A DNA stretch of 64,000 nucleotides, taken from positions 4,154,001-4,218,000 of the forward strand of contig NC_079238.1 in the NCBI RefSeq assembly GCF_027921745.1, given 5' to 3'. The notes below the pieces were generated by a model, which ran no database searches, was not told where the DNA came from, and saw only the letters and a list, made by a program, of their open reading frames with translations. Origin of the DNA: Schizosaccharomyces osmophilus. Lineage: Eukaryota. This document shows positions 49,094 through 61,487 of this stretch, one piece after another. Made by a program: the position numbers and the translations under genes. Within the stretch, counting starts at the first letter, position 1. Each line of letters opens with the position of its first letter.

Positions 49094-49966
49094 GATTTCC
49101 TTCTTTTAATCATACTTTGGAATTTACGAATCTGACTCCTCCATACGTTGTCGTTCTTTTAATCTCTTACTTTTGTCCTTTAATTTCTACGATACGAGTT
49201 GATGTGAAAAAGGGATTTTTTATTGGTTTTTTGTTGCTTTTTGGGAATTAACTACAATAATCTCTGTAATATAATTTTGGTTCAGAGTAACGCCGTTTGT
49301 TGGCTAACATATTTCAATATTTCTTCACTTCATTCTCTGTTAATTACGAAACGATAAAATACAATTTTAAAACTTTCTTTTCTTTTCTTTCCTTCATTTA
49401 TATAATCGACGAAGAATTTTGAGAATATCCTCACTCTTTAGGATTTACACTGGAACTCACTTCTACTTTTATTTTGCAGCCTTTTTTTTATTTTTTTTTT
49501 TGGTGTGTATGTGTCCATCTAAGCACTGCTTGTCGCCAACTAAATTCCTTTTATTTTTTGCTATGGATTCATGGTTTGAAAAACTTCTCGCTCATCACTA
49601 ATTATTTATTTGCTGCTATATTCATTGTGAAGAAAACAGTGAACTATAGAAGTAATCAAAGGGAGAGTTTCACTTAATCTTTGCTTAATCATATATCCTC
49701 AAGAGGTTAAGGTAGGATTAACTATATGCTGGTGCCCATAAAATGGTAGCATAAAACTAGTTGTGGTCAAAATGAATAAGTAAATACGAATAATCTCTAA
49801 ATAGAAAATTGTTTGAGTTGATACAAAAAGAAATATTCATAGGGTGTCTTTCATTATAGTCTAGCATCGAAGTATTCATTAAAAGTGCCTACGTCCACAG
49901 AAACTCATCCAGATTCTGACAACATTTGTAAACACCAGTTCAGGTCTTGAACATAATACTTAGAAG

Positions 49967-50766
49967 ATGTCTCAAGTAGAATTACAAACGAGTTTAGTAA
50001 GATTACTACATAGATAACTGAACTAATTTTTGTAGGGAAAAATAATGCTTGAGCTTTATAATGAACACGCCCCAAAAGTATGTTCAGAATACCATAAGAT
50101 GGTTAGTATGTTTTGGAGTTAGGGACTAACTTTTGGAAAGACTTGTGAAAACTTCTACACTTTGGCAAAAGAAGGATATTATGATGGTGTTCTTGTACGT
50201 TTGTAAGCCAAGGGTTCGTTTACGCAGAATCATGGAGAATTCCAAGCTGGGTGAAGAAACCTTTCGATTTTTTCCTTTTTTAGTGTAAATAGTCTTGTAT
50301 GGTAGCTAACGTCAACCTAGTTCCATAGAGTAATTTCTGATTTTATGATTCAAGGAGGAGATCCTACAGGCACTGGACGAGGCGGTACTTCTATTTATGG
50401 GTAAGAAATGTTTTTATATCTGCATCCTTCGTGTATGAGTTGTTTCTTACCATCTAGTGATTCGTTTGAGGATGAAATTCATCCTGAATTGCACCATACA
50501 GGAGCTGGTATTTTGTCTATGGCTAATGCTGGACCAAATACGAATGGATCTCAAGTATGTATTATTGTTTTTCTTTTACATTTACTTGCGCTAACCAGTA
50601 GTTTTTCATCACATTGACACCCACACCTTGGTTAAATGGTAAACACACAATTTTTGGACGAGTTCAAAGCGGACTTGGCGTATGTAAGAGAATGGGTCTT
50701 GTTCGAACAGATCCCTCTGACCGTCCTATTGAACAAATTCGGATACTGAAAGCCGTTGCTCTTTGA
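49967..50766 (+). CDS. cyp1: Cyclophilin PPIase (PPIL1-like)
   Basis: Six exons 49967-49996, 50036-50077, 50141-50194, 50321-50400, 50458-50554, 50602-50766 give 155 aa with [31 protein letters not shown]. Confidence 0.93.
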
Positions 50767-51439
50767 AGTAAATGGGATGCTTTTGATCTATCGTTTCCTT
50801 CTTTTATGCTTTAATCATTTATTGAAAGGAAAGCATACTTTTTTTGTGTTTTCTCTCATTCCACGTAGCATTGAAAGGTTCTAGAAAGACGAAATGGGAT
50901 CTAATTTCGTTTTTATGTTGCAAGGAATGCAGAAACATGGGTAATCCAAGTCTTTATTGTTGAATTCAGAAAAAGAAACTGTTTTTTCGACATCCCTCAT
51001 TTTTCCATGTTTCGTACCAAATGCAGTTACTCAAGAAACCAAGCAATATCCGACCAACTTGGTTTCAATGAAATCCTGACCACGAGCAGAAAAGTATCAA
51101 AATATTAAATTTCCTATTGTTTGGTTGCTCAAAGATTCCTCTTTGTGTTGTCCTATCGTTTCCATACACCATTCCAATTACTTTTCATTGGGGGTTTTGA
51201 CAAACATCATCAAAAATCATCGTTCCCAAAGGACATCTCAGTTCTAGAAATAAATACAAAATTTTTTTGATATTCTTTGATATTCATAAACTCCTTTGCA
51301 TTCATACGAATCTTTTAAATGTTTTAGTATTTTTTAATATCCCAGAATTTGCATTTACCGTGTTGGAAGGTATCTCCCTATGTAGTAATGCTTTGGTAGC
51401 TGCTGAGGAAAGGTTGTGTCGTTTCTATTTACATGCAAG

Positions 51440-52509
51440 ATGGCATTTTTGGAAGGAATGCACATTTTTCGCTCGTTGACACGAGGAAAAACCTTCCAAA
51501 AAGAATTAAAAAAGGCAAATATACAAAAAGAAACAGGCACTTTGGCTCTTGTTGAAACGAAGAACGTAAAATCACCACAAATAGAATATGCGAGCGTTTC
51601 GAAAGAATTGACGAGCACTGAGCTAAAATATGTATTAGAATTAAGAAGGATTTTAAACGTAATGAAGAGATATTTCTTACCAAGGCGTTGGTCGTACTGA
51701 CATTGTGTTTTGTTTAGGAAATTATACTTCCCATTGAGAGTCAAAGCTTAAGCCAAGAAGCAGTAGGAATTTGTACATGTGTTAAAACACTGATTCAATT
51801 TCACGGGCTTTTGTATAGCGAAATGATGACTGCCAAATCACCAGTCTTGCTTCTCTTAAAATATCTACAAGTGTTTCGTGATGTGTATCAAATGTACACA
51901 ATCAACCTGGCTGGAGTTTTTGAAATTGAAAAAGCTGCGTCTCCGTATACTATCGGTGGGAATCGCTTGCTTATTCCGCTGCAGCATTTAATGCGATACC
52001 CGATGCATTTATCACGAATCTGTAAATTACTCCAAAAACATTCTTGGTTGGAGAAAAATTTGTATTTATTTGTGCAAGCGTTAGATGGGTTCAAACAGCT
52101 CTGTATGTTTATAGACGAAGAAAGAGGCCGTGATGAAGGTAACCATCTTCTAAAGGATCTTTGCAAAGACGAAGGCATCGCACTTGATATTCCTCGTCAT
52201 ATTCGGTTCAAAGGACTAATTGTCGTCGCTAAACCGTACCTTTATGAGTTTAACGCATGTGTCTTTTGCGATGATGGACTAATCGTTTGGACAAAACTTT
52301 TAGACGAAACAGAGATGATGTCCATCTCTGTTGAGCAATGTTTGTATGTGTCACAAATATCCTTGTCTGTAGTAATTGTGACTCTTAGTTCGAACGGGCA
52401 GCTTTTCAAACGACATTTAGCCTTGCATACCTTGGCCGCGTCTGTTTTTCAAAAATGGTATCAACAGAGAAGTAAACCGAATAACCCAGAATCAACAACC
52501 TCCTGCTAA
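51440..52509 (+). CDS. mug10: Small divergent RhoGEF (DH-domain) protein
   Basis: Exons 51440-51658, 51718-52509; DH-like ELTSTELKYVLEL and LLIPLQHLMRYP; symbol from synteny. Confidence 0.72.
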
Positions 52510-53068
52510 AACATTATCAACCAATGAAACAATAATCAGGATTCTTTATTTCTTTCATTTTTTTGAAGTTTTTCTTACCTAAAGTGAAAGTGAAAACTGG
52601 CTGCTGCTGATTTTTACAGCTTTTGAAACTATTTATTACTACTTACTTCTTGGCTGTATTACTACTAACTTTTCTTTCTCTTTTTCTTTCACTTTCACTC
52701 GTTAAAAAAAAATGAAACAATTAACAAACCAATTTCTATCGACACAAGCTAGGTTAGTCATTTTAGCATAACTTTTCTTTTCTTTCTTATTTTTTTTATG
52801 ATTTTTATTATTGCTAGTTCCGTCTTAATTAAAAGTATCGTTTTTTAATTTTAACATTCTGTTCTTCACTTTGCTAGTTCGTTGAAAGGATAAGTATTCC
52901 TTTCAGAGAATTATAGTTGTAAATTATAAAAGCTACTTTAAAGTAAGCAGAAATCTAGGATTCCTGTATGTTCTTGGATACATTTTCCTCTTCTCCCTTT
53001 TTAGTGTCTAAAGCGGCCGTACTTTTCATCACCTTGTAAATCCTATTATTATCGTCATAAAAGTTCAT

Positions 53069-53506
53069 TTATTCGTCGTCATTAGCACTGTCTCCATCAA
53101 GAAGACTAGCATAAGAAGTAGCTGATGAAAGTGAGCGACCTTTGCATTTTTCCATATGTGCTGCATATCGAGAAGCAGCTATTTCACGCCGGCAAGAAAG
53201 GCATTGATAGTAAGGTATACTAGAGGGTGTTTGTATGTTGTTTGCGTAAATGTCAAAGCCTGGTTTGGTACAATGTTGTCGGCAATAGGTATTGCATCTT
53301 TCACACTTTTGTAACGCAAGCTTACTCATCCTATGAATCTTTTGGGTCAGTTCATGAGTGTAATCCCGAAGCAAGTCTTCAAATATAGTACATGACTGAG
53401 TATAGAAGGTTAGTTACATAATCGACATAAATTTAATGGAAGTAAAAATAAATGTTATGGACCGACAACTTACAATTGCTGCAAGGGAGGTAGGTTGCAT
53501 ACTCAT
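53069..53506 (-). CDS. sgf11: SAGA DUB-module subunit Sgf11
   Basis: Exons 53506-53474, 53395-53069; zinc finger CLSCRREIAASRYAAHMEKC. Confidence 0.92.
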
Positions 53507-54348
53507 ATTTATCTTCAATTGCTTAGCACGGATTTCTAGAGTTTTTTAATATAGATCGATGATTTAAGCAAGGCGAATCTTGAAGAAGAATAAGGAAATA
53601 AATTCAAACATGTATTTGTCACTCCCCTTTTATTTTTTATTTTTTTTTCTTTTTGATTACTTAGCTTAGTTTAAGAGTCGAGAAACTTGTGATTTTGGTT
53701 TTCTTGAAAAATAACGATTGGTAAGACATGCCATAATACTAAATTTTACATCAGATTGAAAACACTCAAAGCAAAATGAACAAAAAACAATGAAAAACTA
53801 TTCAAAAGAACTGCTCGTAAATCACTGAGAATCCGAACTTTCCCAAAAGCGAGGCTACCAACGATGGCTATTGTTGTTCTTTCCTCTTATAAACTTACTG
53901 CTGAATTTCTAAAGACTATGATTTCCATTTGCTAACATACAACGCACATCTTCATAGCTAGATTTCTATGATTTTTATTAAGAACGCAATAAAAACATAA
54001 CAATTTCTGCTTAGCTCTCCCCCAAAAAATTCAAAGTAAACGCAATTATAATTGATAAACAGCATATTCAACTCTTCCAAATAAATAGTAAATTGTCGAA
54101 GAGTCAAGCAACATTAACATGGACAACATTAAAAGGGTTAGAGCTTAGTTTTATAACTATGCTTAAAACCACAAATGAACGAAAATATATAAAATAGATT
54201 AGGAACGTAATTAAATCGGAGACGAAACGAAAGGTTTGCGAATTGCAGGAGTTCGCATAAATATCAACAAAAAAAGCCAACATTTACCACAACGTAATGA
54301 TTTGTTTAAAAGCTCATGTTTTGACTCCTTCAAAACTTAAAATTTCTG

Positions 54349-56001
54349 TTAAAAACCGATACCGTTAGCAGGAACTTCAGATATGGAATAACCATTATAC
54401 TCATCAGGCACAGTCTGGATTACTGCCGTGGGAGTACGCACAATGGAATCAGCGGCTTTAGTCACGGTAAACGGAGATACTTTCAAACTATTACCTTCGT
54501 CACTCGAATTATTGAATAACCAAAGGTGAATTTTTCCATCCTCCGAGCCGCTAATTACCTCGCAATCCCCTAGAGCCACAGAAGTCACTGGTCCAGAATC
54601 ACTTTTCAGCGTTTGAACACATTGGCAAGCTTCCCAAACTTTGACCGCGCCATCATGTGCACCAGAGACAAGACGTAGCTGATCGGCCGCAATCTCCCAT
54701 ACACCCTCTATATGTCCGAACAAAGTGTGGACACATTTCCACTTCTCGATGTCCCATTGCTTGATTGTACCATCTAATGCACATGAGAACAATCGATTGC
54801 CAGCCACCGCTAAGCTTTGAACAGGTCCAATATGAGCATTGAAAGTGTATAAACACATGTTCGTTTCTAAAGACCACACTTTGACAGAGCAATCATCAGA
54901 TGCAGAGAGAACGAGACCTAGCTCGCGATGGATTCGCACAGAATTCACCGGCCCAGTATGGCCTCTTAAAGTGATACGTTTTCCTCCAGAAAAATGCCAT
55001 AGCTTTACTGTATGGTCTGCACTACCGGAAACTAGTAGGGTGGAATCAAAAGATAAGGAGAGAACAGTATCGGTGTGGCCGTGTAAAGTAGAAATACATT
55101 CGCCAGTACGATAATTCCAAATTTTTATGCTTTTATCCATTGATCCGCTAATTAGCTTACATTTGTCAAATTGTAAACAAGTAACACCACCACTATGTCC
55201 TTTTAGTAGTCCAATTTGACGAAACGCTGTAAGGTCCCAAAGGCGAACAGTCGCGTCATAGCTGCCACTGGCCAAAACATTTCTTTGAAGCTGCAAACAC
55301 ATAACTCCATCACTGTGTCCATTAATTACAACTTGACGGCATCGACCATGGCGCCAATTACACTCTATCCGACATCGTTCTGCGTATACTTCCTTCCAAG
55401 GTCTCGTTCTTAAAGGAGGCGAGGAAGCTTTTTCTGTACACTCTGGTAAAGGGTTATGTTTTTCCTGGGTTACTGATGAATCAATAATAGGAGCAGGCTC
55501 GGTGCGCAACCGCTTTGCAGCACTAGCGGAATTATCGTTATCTGGGCGTGAGCGTTTCGTAAGGGTGTCATAGCGTTTTTGAATGGATGCCTTAGTGGCA
55601 TAAAGGAGCTTTCGCTCTAACAAAGGTAAACCCCAACCGCATTTTTCACATTTTCGATTAATATGCTGTTCACACATCCGATGCCATATTATATCATCAT
55701 CGGCAAGTTCCTTCCATTGTCTACACACCTGAGCGGCTTGGCATAGGCTACGAGCATCTAAAAAGGTCAAAATACGGAAAGAGATTTCGGGAGGAAGAAG
55801 GGAAATGAAGTCAAGACGGACAAGGGTATCTAGTGTACTAGAAGCAAAAGATAACAAAGAGGGACAACAGCGATTCAGTAAATGGCCCAAGGCGACTTTT
55901 CGTTCTTGTATAGAAGCATTTGAAAATGTAGAGCAAATTGTATTTACCCGATGACGGCCGGCATCATCGAGCTTTACTAAATCTTCGTTCATTTTTTCCA
56001 T
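54349..56001 (-). CDS. pof1: F-box/WD40 protein, Met30 orthologue
   Basis: F-box LPPEISFRIL, Met30-type CEQHINRKCEKCGWGLP, WD40 repeats. Confidence 0.93.
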   Translation of the reverse strand: MEKMNEDLVKLDDAGRHRVNTICSTFSNASIQERKVALGHLLNRCCPSLLSFASSTLDTLVRLDFISLLPPEISFRILTFLDARSLCQAAQVCRQWKELADDDIIWHRMCEQHINRKCEKCGWGLPLLERKLLYATKASIQKRYDTLTKRSRPDNDNSASAAKRLRTEPAPIIDSSVTQEKHNPLPECTEKASSPPLRTRPWKEVYAERCRIECNWRHGRCRQVVINGHSDGVMCLQLQRNVLASGSYDATVRLWDLTAFRQIGLLKGHSGGVTCLQFDKCKLISGSMDKSIKIWNYRTGECISTLHGHTDTVLSLSFDSTLLVSGSADHTVKLWHFSGGKRITLRGHTGPVNSVRIHRELGLVLSASDDCSVKVWSLETNMCLYTFNAHIGPVQSLAVAGNRLFSCALDGTIKQWDIEKWKCVHTLFGHIEGVWEIAADQLRLVSGAHDGAVKVWEACQCVQTLKSDSGPVTSVALGDCEVISGSEDGKIHLWLFNNSSDEGNSLKVSPFTVTKAADSIVRTPTAVIQTVPDEYNGYSISEVPANGIGF

Positions 56002-57383
56002 AAAGAAAGAAAAATAATTATAGTATTCTTTTTTACCGTTCGTTAAATACTGCTGATTTCAAAAACACGGAGGCAATCCCACTACAAGGAAACTCGGTGG
56101 CAGAAATCTCAGAAACGAAATGAAAAAAGAAAATAGCGAGAAAACAAATGAGTTTTAAGCTTATTAATGGTTCAAGTCATTCACAAATGCAAAGAAGCCT
56201 AAACTCCAAGAATCAGTTTCGTTGCCTGCAACAAATAAAAACGTAAAAAAATCAGATTACTTTTTAAATGTTTCCAAAGGAAAAAGGAATTCAAAACAAA
56301 ACACCCCTTGAGAAGCAAATTTCAACGAAAAACTGTTGAATTCAGGGAATACAAATGTGAACTCACGTAACTTTTATTTTTACACTTTTTCAAAGAGCAC
56401 GTTTTACACAGGTATATATCGTGCAGACAAGATTTAATGTATCTTAGCAATAAAAAGAAGGAAGTTCTTAGGGAATGTTTTCAAAAACAAAGCAATATTA
56501 CTTTGTATAACCCGTAGTCCAGAATGCTGAATGTGGATGATGGATCAAATGAATTCGAGCCGAACTCGAGTGTATATAGATCTAAGTGTACCCTAATTTA
56601 ACAGGTAACAACCAAGCAATCCATACTCCCCAGAATTTGGTGACCCAATAACGTTGTTACCCTCAAGGCTTCATCGGGCGTTAGGTAACAGAAATGGTGT
56701 CAACTCTAGTCGATCACTTCAGAGCGTCACCTCGTTTTGAATAAAGTCAATTAATTGCACCATCTTCCGCGATTTTCACTGCAAAAATTCGTAATAAAAG
56801 TAGCAAACGTTGCGATTAGGAAGGATTAGACAATTCAAGGTGCGAACAAGGTTAAAGGGAACGGGGCGAATAAAAATGCGAAATTTTGTTTAGTCAACTC
56901 ATTAATCGTCAGAAAAGGCATATTAGGCCCTATATCTTTCGCAAGACGCACAATCTACTTTCATAAGGTGCCGTTTCAAGTTCTTTGTCGGAGCAATGGA
57001 CTCAAATTTATTCAGGATTGCGGAAGGAAATTGCCGCATACATTTGAAATCACGCGAAAGAATAGCACTTTCTAATCTTGGAAAGCGTTTGCTCTTCTTC
57101 CGTTAGGAGAGGTTGGGCTATCATGAGACCGATGGTTGACTCATAAGAATTGGATGGATTCATTGAGTGTTGTATGTTTGGATAAAAGGACCTTTTGAAA
57201 TAGATGGAAGGAAGTAGTGGTCTTGACTATATTTGCAAACGTCCTCAGATGGATATTAGAGAGGAAAAGCAGTACGGAAATTATAGTAGAAGTAGAAGAA
57301 TGGTAGAAAAATGTAGAGGATCGGTCATCATAGAAGAATATAATCAAGTATAAACAGAATTATGATCGATTGAATTGTTTTGG

Positions 57384-57625
57384 ACGCGTTTGCACGTAAT
57401 TTCAAAATATGTACTACTTGGGAAAGAAAACAGGTGGTGGTTCTAGGAAAAAACATCTAGGAAAGATTCGGGGCCAGCATTTACTACGCATATACCCATA
57501 TATAAATACATAGTTCATTTTCATTTTATTAATAAATACTATTTTATATTTACTTTCTCTCGTTCTATATACGCAAACGAGTTTCATCCGAGTGTCTGTA
57601 CCTATAAATAAACGCGTAGACGCGT
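57384..57625. promoter_or_regulatory. MCB elements (ACGCGT x3) upstream of the 57647 gene
   Basis: ACGCGT at 57384-89, 57612-17 and 57620-25; TATAAA at 57603. Confidence 0.65.
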
Positions 57626-57646
57626 CGTTTCTTTTTCCAAAGTGCA

Positions 57647-58115
57647 ATGCAAAGAGACACGAATGCTGAAATTGAAAAAATTTCAAACAATATTCATCAA
57701 TTGGCAGGAAAACAACAAGTAGATAGTGTCTACTTGCTGCGACTAGAAAATGCATCGCTGCTAAACATACCCCAACCAGAACGGTCAGACGTAAAGAATT
57801 CTTCCAAGAAATCTTTAAATTTTTGGCAAGAAGAGAGAAAAGACTTAGTAGAATCAGTAGAATCAAAGGAAAAGCAGAATTCTGTTGTTCCTCAATCATT
57901 ACCAGATTTTGTACGTTTTGTATGCAACGTCATTCAATGCTGCAAGTCATATTCCTCACTTGGTTCTTTTAAATTAATACGAGTTACTTATGAAGCATCT
58001 CAATTACTTATTATTCACGGTACGGTTTTAGTTTTGGGCAAAATATCATCTAACTATGAATCTTTTAGACTCTACTTATGCTATTGCCGTCATAAAATCA
58101 GAACCGGACAAGTGA
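57647..58115 (+). CDS. mug15: 139-aa protein at mug15 position; probable Roadblock/LC7 fold
   Basis: Exons 57647-58019 and 58069-58115; intron GTACGG..CTAAC..TAG (49 nt); symbol from synteny, fold from sequence pattern. Confidence 0.65.
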
Positions 58116-58388
58116 TTGCGATCTTGGCTCGTTCCATTTGCTTTTGCTTTTCTACTACAAATTTTTATCTGTTTCCTAAACAATATTTATAAGATTCTTG
58201 TTCTTACCCTTGGTTTGTTTATTTCACCTTTGGATGAAGGTGTTACCGAAAGTTGCATTGTTACTTTCCCCTTTACTCTTTCACTTAGCGTGGTGGTGGC
58301 ACTGGCTAAATCGTCTTGTAAAGAAACACCCAAAACATAAAAACATTTTAAAAGTCCACAACAAAGGTTGGTCTTTCACCAAATCCTT

Positions 58389-59324
58389 ATGTTGAACCGG
58401 CGATTAACTATCCACCTTCCTTTCTATGCAAATCAAACCTCAACTCCGTCGTGGATTTGGCGTTACTTTTCCCCTAAATCTCGAACCGGCTTATTCTTCT
58501 ATATATCTCTATTTATACTTGCTACTCTAATCATGACAATCAAAATGATAAAGCCAAATACTTCCCAGTGCTTCACGCCTGTGTCTTTAGTGGGGGCTGA
58601 TCCTTTAAGCAATTTAAACCACTTAATCATCATAGCTGGACACGCTGTTTGGCTAGGAGGGTCTTCTCAAGGACAAGAAGATAGCGAATGGATCTTGGAG
58701 CCTTACCAAAAAGGAGAAGGAAAAGTATTTGCAAATCATATTCATAAAGGTCTGGAATTGCTTGAGCAAGATCAGTCTTCGCTTTTAGTCTTCTCCGGTG
58801 GACAGACTCGGCCAAACGCTGGTCCGTATTCGGAATCCCAATCTTATTACTTACTTTCCAAGTCTCTTAATGATAATCCACTTTTATTATCACGTAGGAC
58901 CACTGAAGAGTTCGCTCGAGATAGTCTTGAAAATGTGCTCTTTTCAGTTGCTAGGTTTCGTGAAGTCACCGGGCATTATCCGAAGAAAATAACAGTTGTC
59001 TCCTTCGAGTTTAAAAAAGAAAGGTTTTTAAATTTACACAGGGAGGCTATTCGTTTTCCAAGCGAACATTTTGACTTTGTCGGTATAGATCCCGAAGGCG
59101 GCGTCCCCCAAGCTAGCTACGAAGCAGAGAAAAAGTACGCCCTTCTTCCTTTTACTGAAGATCCTTACGCTTGCGAAAATACTTCTTTGGTGCGAAAAAG
59201 GAAAGAACGTAACCCTTATCGAAGACAGCATTCTTACCTTATAACATGTCCTGAACTAATTCCTCTAATTGAATATTGTCCTTCAGATAAGTCAAAGTAC
59301 TATACAGGACAGTTACCTTGGTAA
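58389..59324 (+). CDS. Conserved fungal YOR238W-like (DUF218/YdcF-like) protein with N-terminal TM
   Basis: First ATG 58389; [46 protein letters not shown] motifs. Confidence 0.8.
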   Translation: MLNRRLTIHLPFYANQTSTPSWIWRYFSPKSRTGLFFYISLFILATLIMTIKMIKPNTSQCFTPVSLVGADPLSNLNHLIIIAGHAVWLGGSSQGQEDSEWILEPYQKGEGKVFANHIHKGLELLEQDQSSLLVFSGGQTRPNAGPYSESQSYYLLSKSLNDNPLLLSRRTTEEFARDSLENVLFSVARFREVTGHYPKKITVVSFEFKKERFLNLHREAIRFPSEHFDFVGIDPEGGVPQASYEAEKKYALLPFTEDPYACENTSLVRKRKERNPYRRQHSYLITCPELIPLIEYCPSDKSKYYTGQLPW

Positions 59325-59556
59325 TTTACTCATACCTCTTGCTGATCATTTCATTTAAATTTTTACATGCTGATGCTTTTATGTTTAGATACTTTTTAGT
59401 TTCATCTTTTGTTTACGTAAAAAATAAGACCATTCTTTTTTGTTCAATTATAACTTATATGACAAATAGTAGTATATAAATTCAATTCATTCGTATTCAT
59501 TTCAGTGTATACCATGATCTCAACAATACAAACTTGAATCTGTCATAACTGGTAGA

Positions 59557-60717
59557 CTAATTTGGAAGTCGTAGAAAGCTATGGATTTTCTGATATATCT
59601 GTTTTCGTTAGAAACTGAAACATAGGAAAATCATTTATCTTTTTACCTCATGCGGTTTTTCCACTAACAAGCAGTGTCCTGCTTCAACGACTTGAAAAGA
59701 AAAGTCGTTTTGTAAGTCTTGATAAAGTTCTTTTTCTGATGGAGGAGATATAGAGTCCTGAAAATGTGAAATTGGGGTTAGTAAAGTTGCAAATTGGTAA
59801 AAAATACATACCTCGTCTCCTGTTATAATTAAAGTGGGTACAGAAGGGAAAACAAAAGAAGGTGTGAGAACGCTTTCAATACCCATCAGCATCATCTTCC
59901 ATATAAAAGTGTCACTTTCACGGTTCCAAATCCAAAGCTTTGCACGCTGGGCAGGCGTAGCTTTGCTTGAAAAGCAACGGTTTACGGATGGACTATTGAG
60001 ACCCTTCCAACGATCGAAAAGTCGGTAAAGGCTAAAAATAGGAGAAGGGATTTTCTGAATTCTTCGAATCAACTCAAGTTCTCCTTTCTTGAACCGGTTC
60101 TTGGGAGCAAGCAAAACGAGAGCCTCGCATTTTCCCCCTAATCGTTTGGCTAATCGGGTAGCAATACTTGCACCCATGGAATGCCCGACGAGCACAATGG
60201 AGTCGGAAGGAAATATGTGCTTTTCGATAACCTTTTCAATTATATTAGTCAACCCATCTGTAGTTAGCTCACGAGGTGATCGTCCTATGTGGGAATTGAA
60301 GGCTCGCTTCGACAGTCCACAACCACAGTAGTCCAATGAAAATACAGAATATTCTTTAGGAATGAAATTAAACAAACCTTCAAACTGAGCCATTTGACCC
60401 CCCAGCCCGTGAAGGAAAACAAAAGTCTTTGAAGGACGGCCACTATTCTTGTCTGAGCTTCTGTCGACTCCCGTATGCAAGTAGTATGCCACTTGATACT
60501 CATAGTCCAATCTGCAGTTATCTTCCACACTCTTGGATAAATCTGTAGCAATGAATAAAGAATTAGGGTCGACACGCTTTTTCGAATCAGAACGCATTTG
60601 CTCTTTCTGCTGGTCCACGAAACTTTGATATTTGACAGCTAAATACGCATCATGTACATAAAAGACAAGGAAGAGCGAAATGGCTATGCCAAGCAGAGAG
60701 AACAAAAGGGCAATCAT
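59557..60717 (-). CDS. Membrane-anchored alpha/beta hydrolase (putative esterase/lipase)
   Basis: Exons 60717-59812, 59757-59647, 59598-59557; N-terminal hydrophobic anchor, FLHGLGG, GHSMG nucleophile, GDED, AGH. Confidence 0.85.
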
Positions 60718-61375
60718 GCTTGAATAAATAAAGTGATGAATTTAAGCTTCCCACCTCTAATAAAATTAAAATAAAGAAATAATACGAGCCAATTGATTTT
60801 TTTTTTATAGAAAATCGGTAGATCGTTCAGCAAAGCTGTAATAGAAGCGAAGTTCGTATTGAAATCAATCGGAATCCTCAACCTTCAATTAGACATCCAA
60901 AATTGAAGTGTTTTATAATTAGTGAATCTTAAGTAAAAGTTTTTAAACTATATTCGTTTGCTTTGAGGGTATGTGATACCTAAAGAGAAAAATTACGTTT
61001 CTTGCTATGAACTTCCGTTCGTTATGTGACTAGTGGTTTTCTCGACAAAAAGCCGTAGATTGGCTTACCTTATAAAATGAAGATTTAATTATTTCAATTT
61101 AAGAATTTCGTTTTTGTTTGGACCACAAGTAAAAACAATCCATGCCATGAACATGAACATGAAAGCTTCCTAGTAAGCCTATTTAGACGAAAAGAGCAGT
61201 GCGAGTACATGCTATCGTGAAGAAAATGAATCCAAAAGAATAAGGAAATGAAACTGCGTTAAGGTGTAAAGAAAGTACAAACGTTTCATTTATAAATTTC
61301 AGAACTGTAGACCCTTGTTTTTCGCTGTTGAACACATCGTCCACTACAGGTCTTTTACATTGGAAACTTGTTTTT

Positions 61376-61395
61376 CTACTACTACTACTACTACT
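61376..61395. repeat. (CTA)6 microsatellite
   Basis: Directly visible. Confidence 0.8.
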
Positions 61396-61487
61396 CTTCA
61401 TACCCGAGTTTTTCTATAATTCAATTAACCGCAAATTATTTTTACTTGATTTTCTATTTTTATGGAGCCTTTGTTTACATATAGATT

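Noticed and set aside
57911..57983. GTACGT at 57911 as a 5' splice site in the mug15-position gene
   Set aside because: No good branch site; candidate acceptors are weak (AAG, GAG); the sequence encodes the amphipathic helix needed for the roadblock pattern
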